From: Candidatus Kerfeldbacteria bacterium
GTDB lineage: Bacteria > Patescibacteriota > Patescibacteriia > JACPL01
Length of the DNA: 64,000 nt
NCBI GenBank assembly: GCA_016182525.1
Contig: JACPGL010000029.1
Location: forward strand, 22,997-86,996
Reading direction: 5' to 3'
Shown: positions 1-9,324 of the stretch, one piece after another
How positions within the stretch are numbered: the stretch's first letter is position 1
Layout of the letters: the number at the start of each line of letters is the position of its first letter
The notes under the pieces: model-generated
Told to the model about the DNA's origin: nothing
Database searches by the model: none
Seen by the model: the letters and a program-made list of their open reading frames with translations, nothing else
Translations under genes and position numbers: made by a program

Positions 1-1225
1 CGGGGTTGTGGTTGAGACGATTGCCGGAGATGAGCCATCCGCTTTAAGCTCGGCCGACGTTGAGGTCACTGACTTACTCTTCACACTCGTTCGATCATCG
101 GAAATCGAAAATACGATTCAAACATCCATCACGATTCGATTCCGCAATGAAAATCGAAAAGATCTCTATGCAGAAACAGCGCTCACAACGCAAGCAAGTT
201 TTCGGAATGATTTCCCGTATTCATGGATCCAAACCGATTGGTCGGGAGGCGGCGGTCAGGACGTGTGGTCAAACCCGACGCAATTTTTGGCGAACGCCGA
301 TGCGCATCTCGACAATACAAGCTGCCCGGGTGACGCGAGGCTCGCGAATAATCCCGACGAAATCGTCATCCACGTTGCTGACGTCTGTGACTTTCACGGA
401 TTTTTTCACTTGCAAGAAGATGTCACTGGGGCAGAGGGTGTGCGTATGGAGGATATGCCGAACCTCGGGGCGCGCGTTGGTGGGTATTCTGGCAACGCGG
501 CAGACAGCAACCCATCAAATTATTTTGATACGACATTTAAAGCACAATCCGGGAAACTCTATCATATTTGGGCACGAATGAAAGTTGCTGCGGATAGCGA
601 TTTCGGCACATCAGACTCCATGTACATTCAGTTTAACGATTCGCTCGAAAATGGAGACCCCGTGAATCGTATTGGAACAAGTCAGGGACTCGTCGTTGGA
701 AACAGACTCCAAACATGGGTATGGAATGATATGAGAACGGGTGGGATTGAAAATACGGGAAACATTATCACGTTTGAGCAGAATGGCGATCATACCCTTC
801 GTGTCCAAAGGCGAGAAGATGGAGCGGCTCTTGACCAGATTATTTTGAGTTCTGTCGCCTATATCAATTCCAAGCCGCCGAATGGAGCCATCTTTCCGGA
901 GATGCATGAATCCCCGGCCGAGATCATCTCCTCGAAATTCGACGCGGGAGATGCGAGCGTCTTTGGTCAGTTGAAGTGGTCTGCGTATACGCCATCTGGA
1001 ACATCGGTAAAGTTTCAGCTGCGGAGTTCAGACTCATCCTCTACGCTTGATTCGGAAGCGTGGCAAGGGCCAACCGATCCGTCTGACTATTACACCATGA
1101 GTGACGTGGGGGTGAATGCCCTCCATGATGGCGACCGATGGATTCAGTATCGCGCTCTCCTTGAATCCACAACCGCCGCAGAAACGCCAATGCTCAACTC
1201 TGTCTCACTCTCCTATTCAAACTAA
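1..1225 (+). CDS. Secreted/surface protein, 3' portion. The ORF is open from the window edge and is 5'-truncated. The C-terminal ~100 aa resemble a module repeated in the giant protein at ~54.5-55.1 kb.
   Basis: Frame 2 is open from nt 2 to a TAA at 1223-1225. The sequence is protein-like, low-complexity and Ser/Thr/Asp-rich. The C-terminal motif VKFQLRSS...RWIQYRALLES...P.L.SVSLSY matches VKFRFATSS...RYLRIQAYLDSS...P.L.FNITY in the giant ORF. Confidence 0.5.
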   Translation, partial: GVVVETIAGDEPSALSSADVEVTDLLFTLVRSSEIENTIQTSITIRFRNENRKDLYAETALTTQASFRNDFPYSWIQTDWSGGGGQDVWSNPTQFLANADAHLDNTSCPGDARLANNPDEIVIHVADVCDFHGFFHLQEDVTGAEGVRMEDMPNLGARVGGYSGNAADSNPSNYFDTTFKAQSGKLYHIWARMKVAADSDFGTSDSMYIQFNDSLENGDPVNRIGTSQGLVVGNRLQTWVWNDMRTGGIENTGNIITFEQNGDHTLRVQRREDGAALDQIILSSVAYINSKPPNGAIFPEMHESPAEIISSKFDAGDASVFGQLKWSAYTPSGTSVKFQLRSSDSSSTLDSEAWQGPTDPSDYYTMSDVGVNALHDGDRWIQYRALLESTTAAETPMLNSVSLSYSN

Positions 1226-1226
1226 T

Positions 1227-2711
1227 ATGCGCTCCGAACGAGGGTACACATCGCTCATTCTCACAGTTGCGCTTGGATCTCTTTTTCTGGTGGTTCTTTC
1301 ATCGCTGCTTCTTATCACACTGTCTGATGTTCGTATTGTCACAAATAGCGTGAATGGGCTCCGAGCGTTTCATGCTGCGGAGGCAGGTGCGGAACGAATC
1401 ATCTCTGATTGGAATATTGATCCTGTCCCGACTGCCGGCCGAGCGTTTGAGAATGAACCGCTTACTGATGCGCAAGAGACGAGCGTCGGAACATATACCA
1501 TTGATGTCTTTGATTTAGGCGGAGGAAAATGGAGAATCGAGAGCGAAGGGACAAGCAAAAATGCAATCCGAAAAATTCAAACTGATGTGAATGTGGGCTT
1601 GGGCGGCCCGTCATCTGCCTTTTCAAAAGCCCTTGCAACGAATTCAAACATCTCGCTGCCGTCGAACATGCATATTTGGGGCGATATCTATGTTCACGAG
1701 GGATTTATTGAGACATGGAATTCAGGAGGAGTCTACGCAACGGACGGAAATGGAGCACAATACGACGACGAGCCCACATTGCTTCAGGCGCCGTTTGGGC
1801 GTCTCGAATATTACTACACCGGAGACGACGAGTGGATCGTCAACCCCAGGCAAACATTAAACGGCGATGCGTTTGGGTATTGGGAAAGCGCACAGAAGAT
1901 TCAACGCACGACGACATGGCTCAATCCTCTCCACAATATTGGGAACCCTGATGTTGAAAGCAGCGGTCAGTACTACAACCGCGATAATCGCGGCAACGAA
2001 ACCTTATTTCCCTCTGCTGCAGAGTTGTACAGACTGAAAACGGGAATTGCGGTTCGAAATTCCGATCATCCGCTTGAATTCCCCGATATCGACAATGGGA
2101 CGTACGCGAACTTTGTGGCCTACTACGATTCCATCATGCCCGATTCGACAAAATGGCAAAATCTCAAAATCAAGGAGCCGAGCGGCGCGACGATTTCGCT
2201 CGCAAATGGCCGAAATTCAGCGATCATCGGAGCAACACCAAATGGAAATGGATTCCCAACGCAGTTTACATGGACAGGATCAGCTGTCCGCGATGATGGA
2301 TCAGTCTATGAGGGTCCGCTTGAATTTGCCGATACGTTCGCTTTGTATGTCGACGGACCGGCGTCGTTTGATGGGCCGGTGGGAATGTCCGTGTTTACCG
2401 TGATCAGTTCAAGCACCACAACGATCGGCCAACTCACCGAGATCCCTTCAAACTTTAGCGTGATGAGTTTTGATGATATAATGGTCAATATCAATATTGA
2501 CATCACCGGGGCGTTCTTTACCTCCGGCACATACACTGCAAGCACGCCGGCGAATGTTCGAGGAGTGATCGTTGCTCGGGCAGTCGACTTTCGCGGGGGC
2601 GGATTTGAACTCGTCTATGACCAAAATGTTGTCTTAGATGTCCGGCAGTGGTTGCCCGGAGGTTCGAACGGAAAAATTGACATTATTCGTTGGAGTGAAA
2701 TACTTCCATGA
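1227..2711 (+). CDS. PilX-like type IV pilus minor component/pseudopilin-like protein
   Basis: The ATG at 1227 is in frame with the listed ORF. An N-terminal hydrophobic anchor (YTSLILTVALGSLFLVVLSSLLLI) is followed by the RAFHAAEAGAERII motif characteristic of the PilX N-terminal domain. The stop overlaps the next gene's ATG. Confidence 0.6.
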   Translation: MRSERGYTSLILTVALGSLFLVVLSSLLLITLSDVRIVTNSVNGLRAFHAAEAGAERIISDWNIDPVPTAGRAFENEPLTDAQETSVGTYTIDVFDLGGGKWRIESEGTSKNAIRKIQTDVNVGLGGPSSAFSKALATNSNISLPSNMHIWGDIYVHEGFIETWNSGGVYATDGNGAQYDDEPTLLQAPFGRLEYYYTGDDEWIVNPRQTLNGDAFGYWESAQKIQRTTTWLNPLHNIGNPDVESSGQYYNRDNRGNETLFPSAAELYRLKTGIAVRNSDHPLEFPDIDNGTYANFVAYYDSIMPDSTKWQNLKIKEPSGATISLANGRNSAIIGATPNGNGFPTQFTWTGSAVRDDGSVYEGPLEFADTFALYVDGPASFDGPVGMSVFTVISSSTTTIGQLTEIPSNFSVMSFDDIMVNINIDITGAFFTSGTYTASTPANVRGVIVARAVDFRGGGFELVYDQNVVLDVRQWLPGGSNGKIDIIRWSEILP

Positions 2712-3754
2712 TGCGACGTACCCATTCTATAGGGCTTGATATCAGCGATCGTTCCATCCGATTCGCTCATCTTGAGGGTTCTTCAAAAGGCCCGCATCTC
2801 AAAGAATGGAAAGCGCTCGTTGTTCCGGAGGGGGTGATTGAGGATGGAATTATTCGCGAACCGCGCATCCTTTCTTCTCTTCTTGAAAAACTGATGCATG
2901 GACGCGATCGGCACCATCGCGAAGTCATTGTTTCGCTTCCTGAACGGCAATGTTTTGTAAAAACCATTACCGTTCATGAGGACCATCATCCGGTGAATAC
3001 ACGTGTCATGAAGGAGATCCAAGAAGATCTTCCATACGAACTCGACGAAGTTCTGACCGATTGGCAAGTCATGAAGCGAATCCAAAGCGGTCTCACCACG
3101 TCTTTTTCAATTCTTTTCGTTGCAGCTCCAAAAACGATTATTTCAGCGTATGAAGACGTACTTCAGAATGCTTCTCTTCTCCCAACGGCACTGGAGGTTG
3201 AATCGCTCGCGCTTGCTCGTGCGCTTCTTCCATGGAGTGGAAAAGCATCAAATGTGCTCATTGTTGATGCGGGCCGATCCATGACAAGTCTTGTGTTGTG
3301 CACCGGAGATTCGATCCAGCTTACCATTGGGACACGGGAATTCAGCGGGGAAAAGTGTACGATGGAAATCGCGAGACACAATTCTGTGTCACCAGAGGAA
3401 GGAGAAAAAATGAAAAAGGAATTCGGAATTACGAAGTCGAATGAAAAGGCGTGTACGAAAAGTCTTGAATCAATGCGTGAGGTTTTGCAAACCGTTCTCT
3501 CGTACCAAGAAAGCCGCTCATCAGATCACGCGCCCATTGATCATGTTTTACTCACTGGTGGATCCGCAAATATGCTTGGGCTCAATGACTATTTTGCAAA
3601 AACAACAGGCAGAGACGTTACTCTTGCCAACCCGCTCACGAATCTCTCTCAGGGCAAGAGCGACCCATCAATTCAACATGCATTGCTTTCGTATGCAACG
3701 GCCATTGGACTTGCTCTCCGCGCGTTTCAGCCCGCTGATACCCGCCTCCTATGA
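2708..3754 (+). CDS. pilM: Type IV pilus assembly protein PilM (actin-like ATPase fold)
   Basis: The N-terminus (IGLDISDRSIRFAHL) and overall length fit PilM. ATGA overlaps occur with the upstream and downstream genes. Confidence 0.75.
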   Translation: MMRRTHSIGLDISDRSIRFAHLEGSSKGPHLKEWKALVVPEGVIEDGIIREPRILSSLLEKLMHGRDRHHREVIVSLPERQCFVKTITVHEDHHPVNTRVMKEIQEDLPYELDEVLTDWQVMKRIQSGLTTSFSILFVAAPKTIISAYEDVLQNASLLPTALEVESLALARALLPWSGKASNVLIVDAGRSMTSLVLCTGDSIQLTIGTREFSGEKCTMEIARHNSVSPEEGEKMKKEFGITKSNEKACTKSLESMREVLQTVLSYQESRSSDHAPIDHVLLTGGSANMLGLNDYFAKTTGRDVTLANPLTNLSQGKSDPSIQHALLSYATAIGLALRAFQPADTRLL

Positions 3755-4305
3755 ATCCCCTCACCCTCAATCTGCTTTCCGCCTCTCGACGAAAGACGAC
3801 TCACTATGTTCGCCTGTCTCGCACGTTTCTCGCGTCGCTTCTTCTTGCTCTTATCACCTATGGTGCGATTCTTGGAATCCTCATGGGTGGGAACGTCTTT
3901 CTTGAACGAGAAAAGAAACAGGTGGAGCAGGAACTTGCGCAGAATGAAAAGATTCTTCGGGAACTTGAGGCATCAAACGCTGAAGCAAAAAGCATTCGCG
4001 GGGAACTTACGGCAATCAAAAAGAACCAAAAAGACTATCGCGTGTGGTCAGAAGCGCTTCGAGAGCTTTCGAGCTTTGACACACAAGGGATAAGGCTCAC
4101 CGAGATGAGTTTTCAAAGCGCTGATTCGAGCTACCGTATTCGAGGGATAGCGGCAACCCGAGAATCGCTTGCGGAATACCAGCAAACTCTCGAGGACACC
4201 GACCGTATTCAGACAGTTGAGAGCCCGGTCTCAAGTTTCACCCAGCGCGAAAACATCCCCTTTCAACTCACGGGAACGTTTCTCCCGCCTCTTTTTTCAC
4301 GATAA
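3751..4305 (+). CDS. pilN: PilN-like fimbrial assembly protein (bitopic, coiled-coil)
   Basis: It has a short cytoplasmic N-terminus, a single TM (LASLLLALITYGAILGIL) and a coiled-coil periplasmic part. Its position after pilM supports the call. Confidence 0.6.
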   Translation: MNPLTLNLLSASRRKTTHYVRLSRTFLASLLLALITYGAILGILMGGNVFLEREKKQVEQELAQNEKILRELEASNAEAKSIRGELTAIKKNQKDYRVWSEALRELSSFDTQGIRLTEMSFQSADSSYRIRGIAATRESLAEYQQTLEDTDRIQTVESPVSSFTQRENIPFQLTGTFLPPLFSR

Positions 4306-4850
4306 TGTACTCAAATCTCCGTAATCGCACAATTCTCTTTGGACTGTTGTTTCTGATCGCGCCGCTCGCGATCCAACTTTTCGCTGTTCGACCGCTTCAA
4401 CATTCTCGAGCCGTATTAACCCAAGAGATCAAAGCTGATATTCAAAAAAACTCGACGGTATTCTCCAGACTTCAACAATCATTTCAAGAATCAAACCGAG
4501 AGCGGCAACGATACGAGGCCTCGACTCTGCCTCAAGCGCTTCTCGACAAAGATTCCGTGATCACATTCTTCACCGGGCTTGAAGCACTCGGAAACTCCCG
4601 CGATATAGCGGTCACCATCACGTTCGGTTCTGAGCTGAAGCAAGATACAAATGGCGTTCAGACGATTGCAACGACAATCCATGGCCGAGGCGAATACATG
4701 AACATTCTCTCGTTTCTCCGTTCTCTCGAACAGGAGCCGTATTATGTAACGAGCACCTCGATCAGCATCGTGCGAGCAGCGGTTGCCGGTGAATCTTCAA
4801 CCAATCCACAAATTGAACTTATCATCAATGGCGAAACAAACTGGAAATAG
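4305..4850 (+). CDS. pilO: PilO-like pilus assembly protein
   Basis: It has an N-terminal TM (ILFGLLFLIAPLAI), is about 180 aa and follows pilN directly with a TAATG overlap. Confidence 0.5.
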   Translation: MYSNLRNRTILFGLLFLIAPLAIQLFAVRPLQHSRAVLTQEIKADIQKNSTVFSRLQQSFQESNRERQRYEASTLPQALLDKDSVITFFTGLEALGNSRDIAVTITFGSELKQDTNGVQTIATTIHGRGEYMNILSFLRSLEQEPYYVTSTSISIVRAAVAGESSTNPQIELIINGETNWK

Positions 4851-5136
4851 TCAAAAGAAAAAATTCTCACTTGGCGGGCGGCCGAGCGGCACAATGCTCC
4901 TTGTCTTTTTTGAGCGTTCGTTTTTCCGGATTGGTCTTGTGCTCGCGACTCTTGCGATTGTCGGAAGCGCTGCCTTAACCTTTCGTCATATCCAATCAAC
5001 GATGCGGCAGAATCAACAATCCAACCCCACTGCTTCGTCACTCGAATCGGAGCAGAAGGCGCTTGAAGAAGTGCACGCAAAAAAACTCCAACTGGAGGAT
5101 ATCTCGACCGAGAGCCTTGTTAATCCGTTTGAATAG
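4828..5136 (+). CDS. Small bitopic membrane protein, possibly a PilP-like pilus assembly accessory
   Basis: The ATG at 4828 gives [11 protein letters not shown] followed by one TM helix ([16 protein letters not shown]). It overlaps the pilO 3' end by 23 nt. Function is inferred from context only. Confidence 0.4.
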   Translation: MAKQTGNSQKKKFSLGGRPSGTMLLVFFERSFFRIGLVLATLAIVGSAALTFRHIQSTMRQNQQSNPTASSLESEQKALEEVHAKKLQLEDISTESLVNPFE

Positions 5137-5398
5137 AGACAATGCGGCTCTTTTTGAGTGCGCCGTCGTATTTTTTTTGCTTTCGCGTTGAAAATCGAAC
5201 CCGCCCAGATGAGAGGGCATAGAGGGTATCATCCTCGCCTCTTCGGACATGTTGACCGGGGTGGAAAACCGTTCCGCGTTGGCGCACAAGAATGCTCCCT
5301 GCTCGAGCGCGCTCACCGCTAAAAAGCTTCACGCCAAGTCGTTTCGACTGCGAGTCTCGTCCGAGTTGTGTAGAGCCCCCTGCCTTAGTATGTGCCAT
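5120..5398 (-). CDS. rpmA: 50S ribosomal protein L27
   Basis: [29 protein letters not shown]...GTVFHPG is a canonical L27 sequence. The in-frame ATG lies at 5396-5398. The longer listed ORF is an upstream extension. Confidence 0.9.
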   Translation of the reverse strand: MAHTKAGGSTQLGRDSQSKRLGVKLFSGERARAGSILVRQRGTVFHPGQHVRRGEDDTLYALSSGRVRFSTRKQKKYDGALKKSRIVSIQTD

Positions 5399-5519
5399 AG
5401 GATTATTCGGAGGGGAAAACCCAGAAGGGGTTTTCCCCTTCCGATACCTCCCCTTTCCAAGGAGGCCTCGGGCACAAGCAAAGCTTGATGCCCTCGGCAA
5501 TATCAAAAATTATAACGAA

Positions 5520-5548
5520 TACATACCATGTCCTTTGAGCCTTGTCAA
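5520..5548 (-). promoter_or_regulatory. Putative sigma70-type promoter for rpmA (-35 TTGACA, 17-nt spacer, -10 TATGTA on the minus strand)
   Basis: The reverse complement of 5543-5548 is TTGACA and the reverse complement of 5520-5525 is TATGTA. The spacing is 17 nt and the element lies ~120 nt upstream of the rpmA ATG. Confidence 0.3.
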
Positions 5549-5637
5549 ATGTTTGGAAAAGAAAAGTATTTTTGTGAATCGAGGGAGACTCTCGCTCCGC
5601 TGGATCGATTCAAAAAATCCTTTTCTTTTCCAAACAT

Positions 5638-7275
5638 TTACCCCCTCTTTGAGTGTGCAATTGAAGCGGCGATGAAGTCGCGGTACAATGGGTGCGGGCG
5701 AAGCGGGCGAGAAAGAAATTCGGGGTGAAATTGCGTGCCGACAAACCACGGGTGATCGCGAAGTTCGATAATTTCCACAAGGGTTTTCGCCGGGTACACT
5801 CCTGAGAATCGAACTCCGGCTTCTTCCATTGCTTTTCGATAGTCGTTATTGAACTCAAATCGGTGTCGATGCCGTTCAAAAATTTTTGGCTTTTTGTAAG
5901 CACGGAATGCTAAAGAATCTTTCGCGAGCGTACATGGATACAACCCAAGACGCATTGTCCCACCCATCCGTTTCCGTTGGATGTTTTCTTGCTGGAAGGG
6001 GTTGGCAATGATGACCGGTTCGGGTGTTTTGGGATCAATTTCTCGAGTATTCGCTTTGGGTTTCTTGAGTACGTTCCGCGTAAACTCTACACAGGCAAGT
6101 TGCATGCCATAGCACAACCCGAAATATGGGATATTGTTCTTTCGCACAAATTCAATGGCGCGAATGACGCCTTCAATGCCGCGCGACCCAAATCCACCCG
6201 GAACAATAATCCCATCATATTTTGCAAGCTCACGGACTTTTCGCGGATTGCGTTCGTACTGTTCAGCATCAATCCATGTCATCTGCGGTTTGCGCTTGTG
6301 ATACCACGATGCGTGCTTCACTGCCTCAATCACGGAAATGTATGAATCCGCAAGCGTGAAGTTCCCTGTGCCAAAGTATTTGCCGACAACTCCAATCTTC
6401 ACCGGTGTTCGCGAAGTTCGAATGCGCCGCGAAAGCGCTCGCCATGGTTCAAGACGAGATGGCCGGTTCGCAAGTGACAACGCGGAGAGCAATCGCTCTC
6501 CCAGGCGCTCCTTTTCAAACACCAGCGGCACATCATAAATCGAGTCAACATCCGGTGCAGAGATCACGTGTTCTTTTGGCACACCGCATGCAATAGACAA
6601 CTTCTCACGCCGTCGGACGTCCAAAGGCTTTTCAGCGCGGCAGACAATGAAATCCGCTTGAATTCCGGCACTATTCAACGAACGAGATGCATATTGTGTC
6701 GGCTTGGTTTTCATCTCCCCTACCTTGCTCGGAATAGGCAAGTAGCTCACCAGCACAAATGCAACATCAGCCGGATGCTCCAGCTTCATCATACGAGCTG
6801 CTTCAAGAAAAAGAATATTTTGGTATTCCCCCACTGTTCCGCCGATCTCAATAACCGTGATATCCGCTTTTGCGTGCTTTTGCGCCGTGGTAATGCGGCG
6901 GATGATTTCCTCCGGAACATGAGGCACGACTTCGACGCACTTGCCGTGATATTCCAAATTCCGCTCGCGTTGAATCACCGTTTGGTAGACGCGACCGGTA
7001 GTGAAATAATTGACCGAGGTGATCGATTCATCTAGGAATCGTTCGTAGTTGCCAATATCCTGATCCGTCTCGTCGCCGTCATCCGTGACAAACGTCTCCC
7101 CATGTTCTGTGGGATTCATGGTCCCTGCGTCAACGTTGATGTAGGGATCGGCTTTGAGCGCCGTCACACGGTATCCTTTGCTCTTCAAAAGGAGCGACAA
7201 TGCCGATGTCGCCACTCCTTTGCCGACAGAAGACATCACTCCACCAGAAACAAAGATAAATTTTGGATTTGGCAT
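5638..7275 (-). CDS. pyrG: CTP synthase
   Basis: The N-terminus KFIFVSGGVMSSVGKGVATSALSLLL is the CTP synthase signature, and a glutamine amidotransferase C-domain is present. Length is 545 aa. Confidence 0.95.
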   Translation of the reverse strand: MPNPKFIFVSGGVMSSVGKGVATSALSLLLKSKGYRVTALKADPYINVDAGTMNPTEHGETFVTDDGDETDQDIGNYERFLDESITSVNYFTTGRVYQTVIQRERNLEYHGKCVEVVPHVPEEIIRRITTAQKHAKADITVIEIGGTVGEYQNILFLEAARMMKLEHPADVAFVLVSYLPIPSKVGEMKTKPTQYASRSLNSAGIQADFIVCRAEKPLDVRRREKLSIACGVPKEHVISAPDVDSIYDVPLVFEKERLGERLLSALSLANRPSRLEPWRALSRRIRTSRTPVKIGVVGKYFGTGNFTLADSYISVIEAVKHASWYHKRKPQMTWIDAEQYERNPRKVRELAKYDGIIVPGGFGSRGIEGVIRAIEFVRKNNIPYFGLCYGMQLACVEFTRNVLKKPKANTREIDPKTPEPVIIANPFQQENIQRKRMGGTMRLGLYPCTLAKDSLAFRAYKKPKIFERHRHRFEFNNDYRKAMEEAGVRFSGVYPAKTLVEIIELRDHPWFVGTQFHPEFLSRPLRPHPLYRDFIAASIAHSKRG

Positions 7276-7335
7276 GCGGGATGATGATTATTCCAAACGA
7301 AAATACTCTCCGCGAACCTTGTTCCTCTAAAAATA

Positions 7336-7785
7336 CTATGCCTCGCGGACGACGTTCACACGAAGAGGAACCGTTGCCCCTTGTCCCATACTCACGGTCA
7401 CCGTATGTTCACCGATTCTTTTGACATGCTCGGGGAGTTCAACCCACTTCTCTTCTACTCCATGATACCCTACTTTTTCGAGTTGCGCAACAATATCTTT
7501 GGCCGTGATGCTTCCAAAAAGTTTGCCGTCTTCTGATGCCCGAGCTTTAAACTCCAAAACCACGTCTTTCGCACCTTCAAGCATTTTTTGGATCTCGTCC
7601 TTCTTCTTTTGTTCACGTCGGGTGCGAGCCGCCTCCATGTGGTTGGCCACTTTCATATTCCCGGTATGAGCGAGCATTGCCATGCCCCGCGGCAAGAGGT
7701 AATTTCGCGCATACCCAGGTTTGACGGTTTTTACGTCTCCTCGGATCCCTAAGGTTTCAATATCTTGCAAAAGAATAACTTTCAT
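7336..7785 (-). CDS. rplI: 50S ribosomal protein L9
   Basis: MKVILLQDIETLGIRGDVKTVKPGYARNYLLPRG is a canonical L9 N-terminus. The ATG at 7783-7785 was used as the start. The listed ORF has a spurious 53-aa N-terminal extension. Confidence 0.9.
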   Translation of the reverse strand: MKVILLQDIETLGIRGDVKTVKPGYARNYLLPRGMAMLAHTGNMKVANHMEAARTRREQKKKDEIQKMLEGAKDVVLEFKARASEDGKLFGSITAKDIVAQLEKVGYHGVEEKWVELPEHVKRIGEHTVTVSMGQGATVPLRVNVVREA

Positions 7786-7798
7786 ACGGTTCGCGACT

Positions 7799-8074
7799 TT
7801 AACGATAGCGAATGGTGAACTCATGAAACTCACGAGTTGCAGTTTGCCATGTTTCTCGAACAGAGTCAACCCTTGCGCGCCGCGGGCCTTTTTGAGCCCA
7901 CTCCCGAAGTTCCAAGAGAGAACCTCGAGGACCTTCAGCCACAATCTCCACTTCCCCCTCGGGTGTATTTCTCACATACCCGACAAGCCCAAGGTTTGTT
8001 GCCGTTTCGGTCGTACTCTCGCGGAAAAACACTCCTATAACAAGGCCAGTAATGCGTAGGGTCACACGCTCCAT
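7799..8074 (-). CDS. acyP: Acylphosphatase
   Basis: The protein is 91 aa. VTLRITGLVIGVFFR...LGLVGYVRNTPEGEVEIVAEG fits the acylphosphatase fold motifs. Confidence 0.8.
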   Translation of the reverse strand: MERVTLRITGLVIGVFFRESTTETATNLGLVGYVRNTPEGEVEIVAEGPRGSLLELREWAQKGPRRARVDSVRETWQTATREFHEFTIRYR

Positions 8075-9324
8075 TATTTTCCTTCATCAAGGTATTGAAA
8101 GGCACGGTCGAGCTGCGGGTCGCGATCGTTGTTATAGTCGTCTTCGGTGAGTTCCACGATAATGTCCGGCGTCACACCCTCGTTGTCGATCACTCGTCCT
8201 TTGGGCGTGAGCCAGCGCGCGATGGTCAATTTTGCCGATGAGCCGTCGTCGAAGTACGTAATATCTTGGACAGATCCCTTGCCGAATGTCTGCTCGCCGA
8301 TCAGCACAGCTTTTTTGTAATCTTGCACTGCACCGGCGACAATTTCGGATGCTGACGCGCTCCCACCATTCACCAAAAGAACTGTTGGAGCATCTTTCAA
8401 ACGCGCTCGGCCAACCGCCGGGTGCTCCTTAACAATTTGCGAAGAATCCTCCTCGAGCACGATCGTTTCATCTTCAATAAACTCAGACGCGACCTCGACC
8501 GCCGTTGTCAAAAATCCTCCTGGGTTATTTCGCAGATCAAGAATGACTCCATCAAACCCATCCAGCACGTAGGATTGGATCGCTCCATCAAAAAGACTTT
8601 GTGTATCCGATGCAAACTGCGTCATTTTGATATACACAATTTTCTTGCCGGCCGGAGTTGTTTTTTCTTCATACGTTACGGACTCGATGTGAATTTCTTT
8701 GCGGGTAATGGCAATCTCACGGTTGTCCTCTTCGTCGCCGCGATGAATGACCAATGTCACGACCGTGCCTTCTTCTCCACGGATCTTTGAAACCGCTTCA
8801 GAGAGTGTCATCCCCTCGGTGTCTTCTCCATTGATGGAGAGAATCGCATCAGCGGCCAAAAGACCGGATGTTTCTGCCGGACTCCCAGAGAGAGGCGCGA
8901 CAACCTGAAGCTGTTCGTTCTTGATGGCAATTTCCGCCCCAATCCCCGTAAAGGTTCCGTTAATCGTATCTTCAAACTCTTCGGTTTGTTCCGGTGTGAA
9001 AAAGAGCGAGTATGGATCATTTACACTTTGCACAAGCCCCCGCATGGCACCGTACAGCAACTGCTGCTCGTCAACTGGCTGATCAACATAGTTCTCTTGG
9101 ATCGTGTTCCACACTTCCCAAAAATTTGTAATATCAACATTTGCCGGTGCTTCTCCTGTGACCTTACTCAGTACGTTCCGAAAGCTGGTCGTTGTCGATT
9201 TCACCGATGAACCGACCACAAATCCGAATCCAAAAATTCCCGCAGCGGCAAGAAGAACAAAGTACATGACAAATCCTCGCTTCAGAAAAGAACTCCTTTT
9301 TTGGTGTTGATGTTGTTCAATCAT
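8074..9324 (-). CDS. ctpA: Carboxyl-terminal processing peptidase (S41 family, PDZ-containing)
   Basis: It has an N-terminal TM, a PDZ region, an S41 core (LDLRNNPGGFLTTAV... GGSASASEIVAGA) and a 416-aa length. Confidence 0.85.
   Translation of the reverse strand: MIEQHQHQKRSSFLKRGFVMYFVLLAAAGIFGFGFVVGSSVKSTTTSFRNVLSKVTGEAPANVDITNFWEVWNTIQENYVDQPVDEQQLLYGAMRGLVQSVNDPYSLFFTPEQTEEFEDTINGTFTGIGAEIAIKNEQLQVVAPLSGSPAETSGLLAADAILSINGEDTEGMTLSEAVSKIRGEEGTVVTLVIHRGDEEDNREIAITRKEIHIESVTYEEKTTPAGKKIVYIKMTQFASDTQSLFDGAIQSYVLDGFDGVILDLRNNPGGFLTTAVEVASEFIEDETIVLEEDSSQIVKEHPAVGRARLKDAPTVLLVNGGSASASEIVAGAVQDYKKAVLIGEQTFGKGSVQDITYFDDGSSAKLTIARWLTPKGRVIDNEGVTPDIIVELTEDDYNNDRDPQLDRAFQYLDEGK

Noticed and set aside
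2641-2665. tRNA-like T-loop string (aggttcgaacgg) inside the PilX-like CDS
   Set aside because: There is no complementary T-stem, acceptor stem or anticodon arm around it. It lies inside a well-supported coding frame, so it is a chance occurrence.
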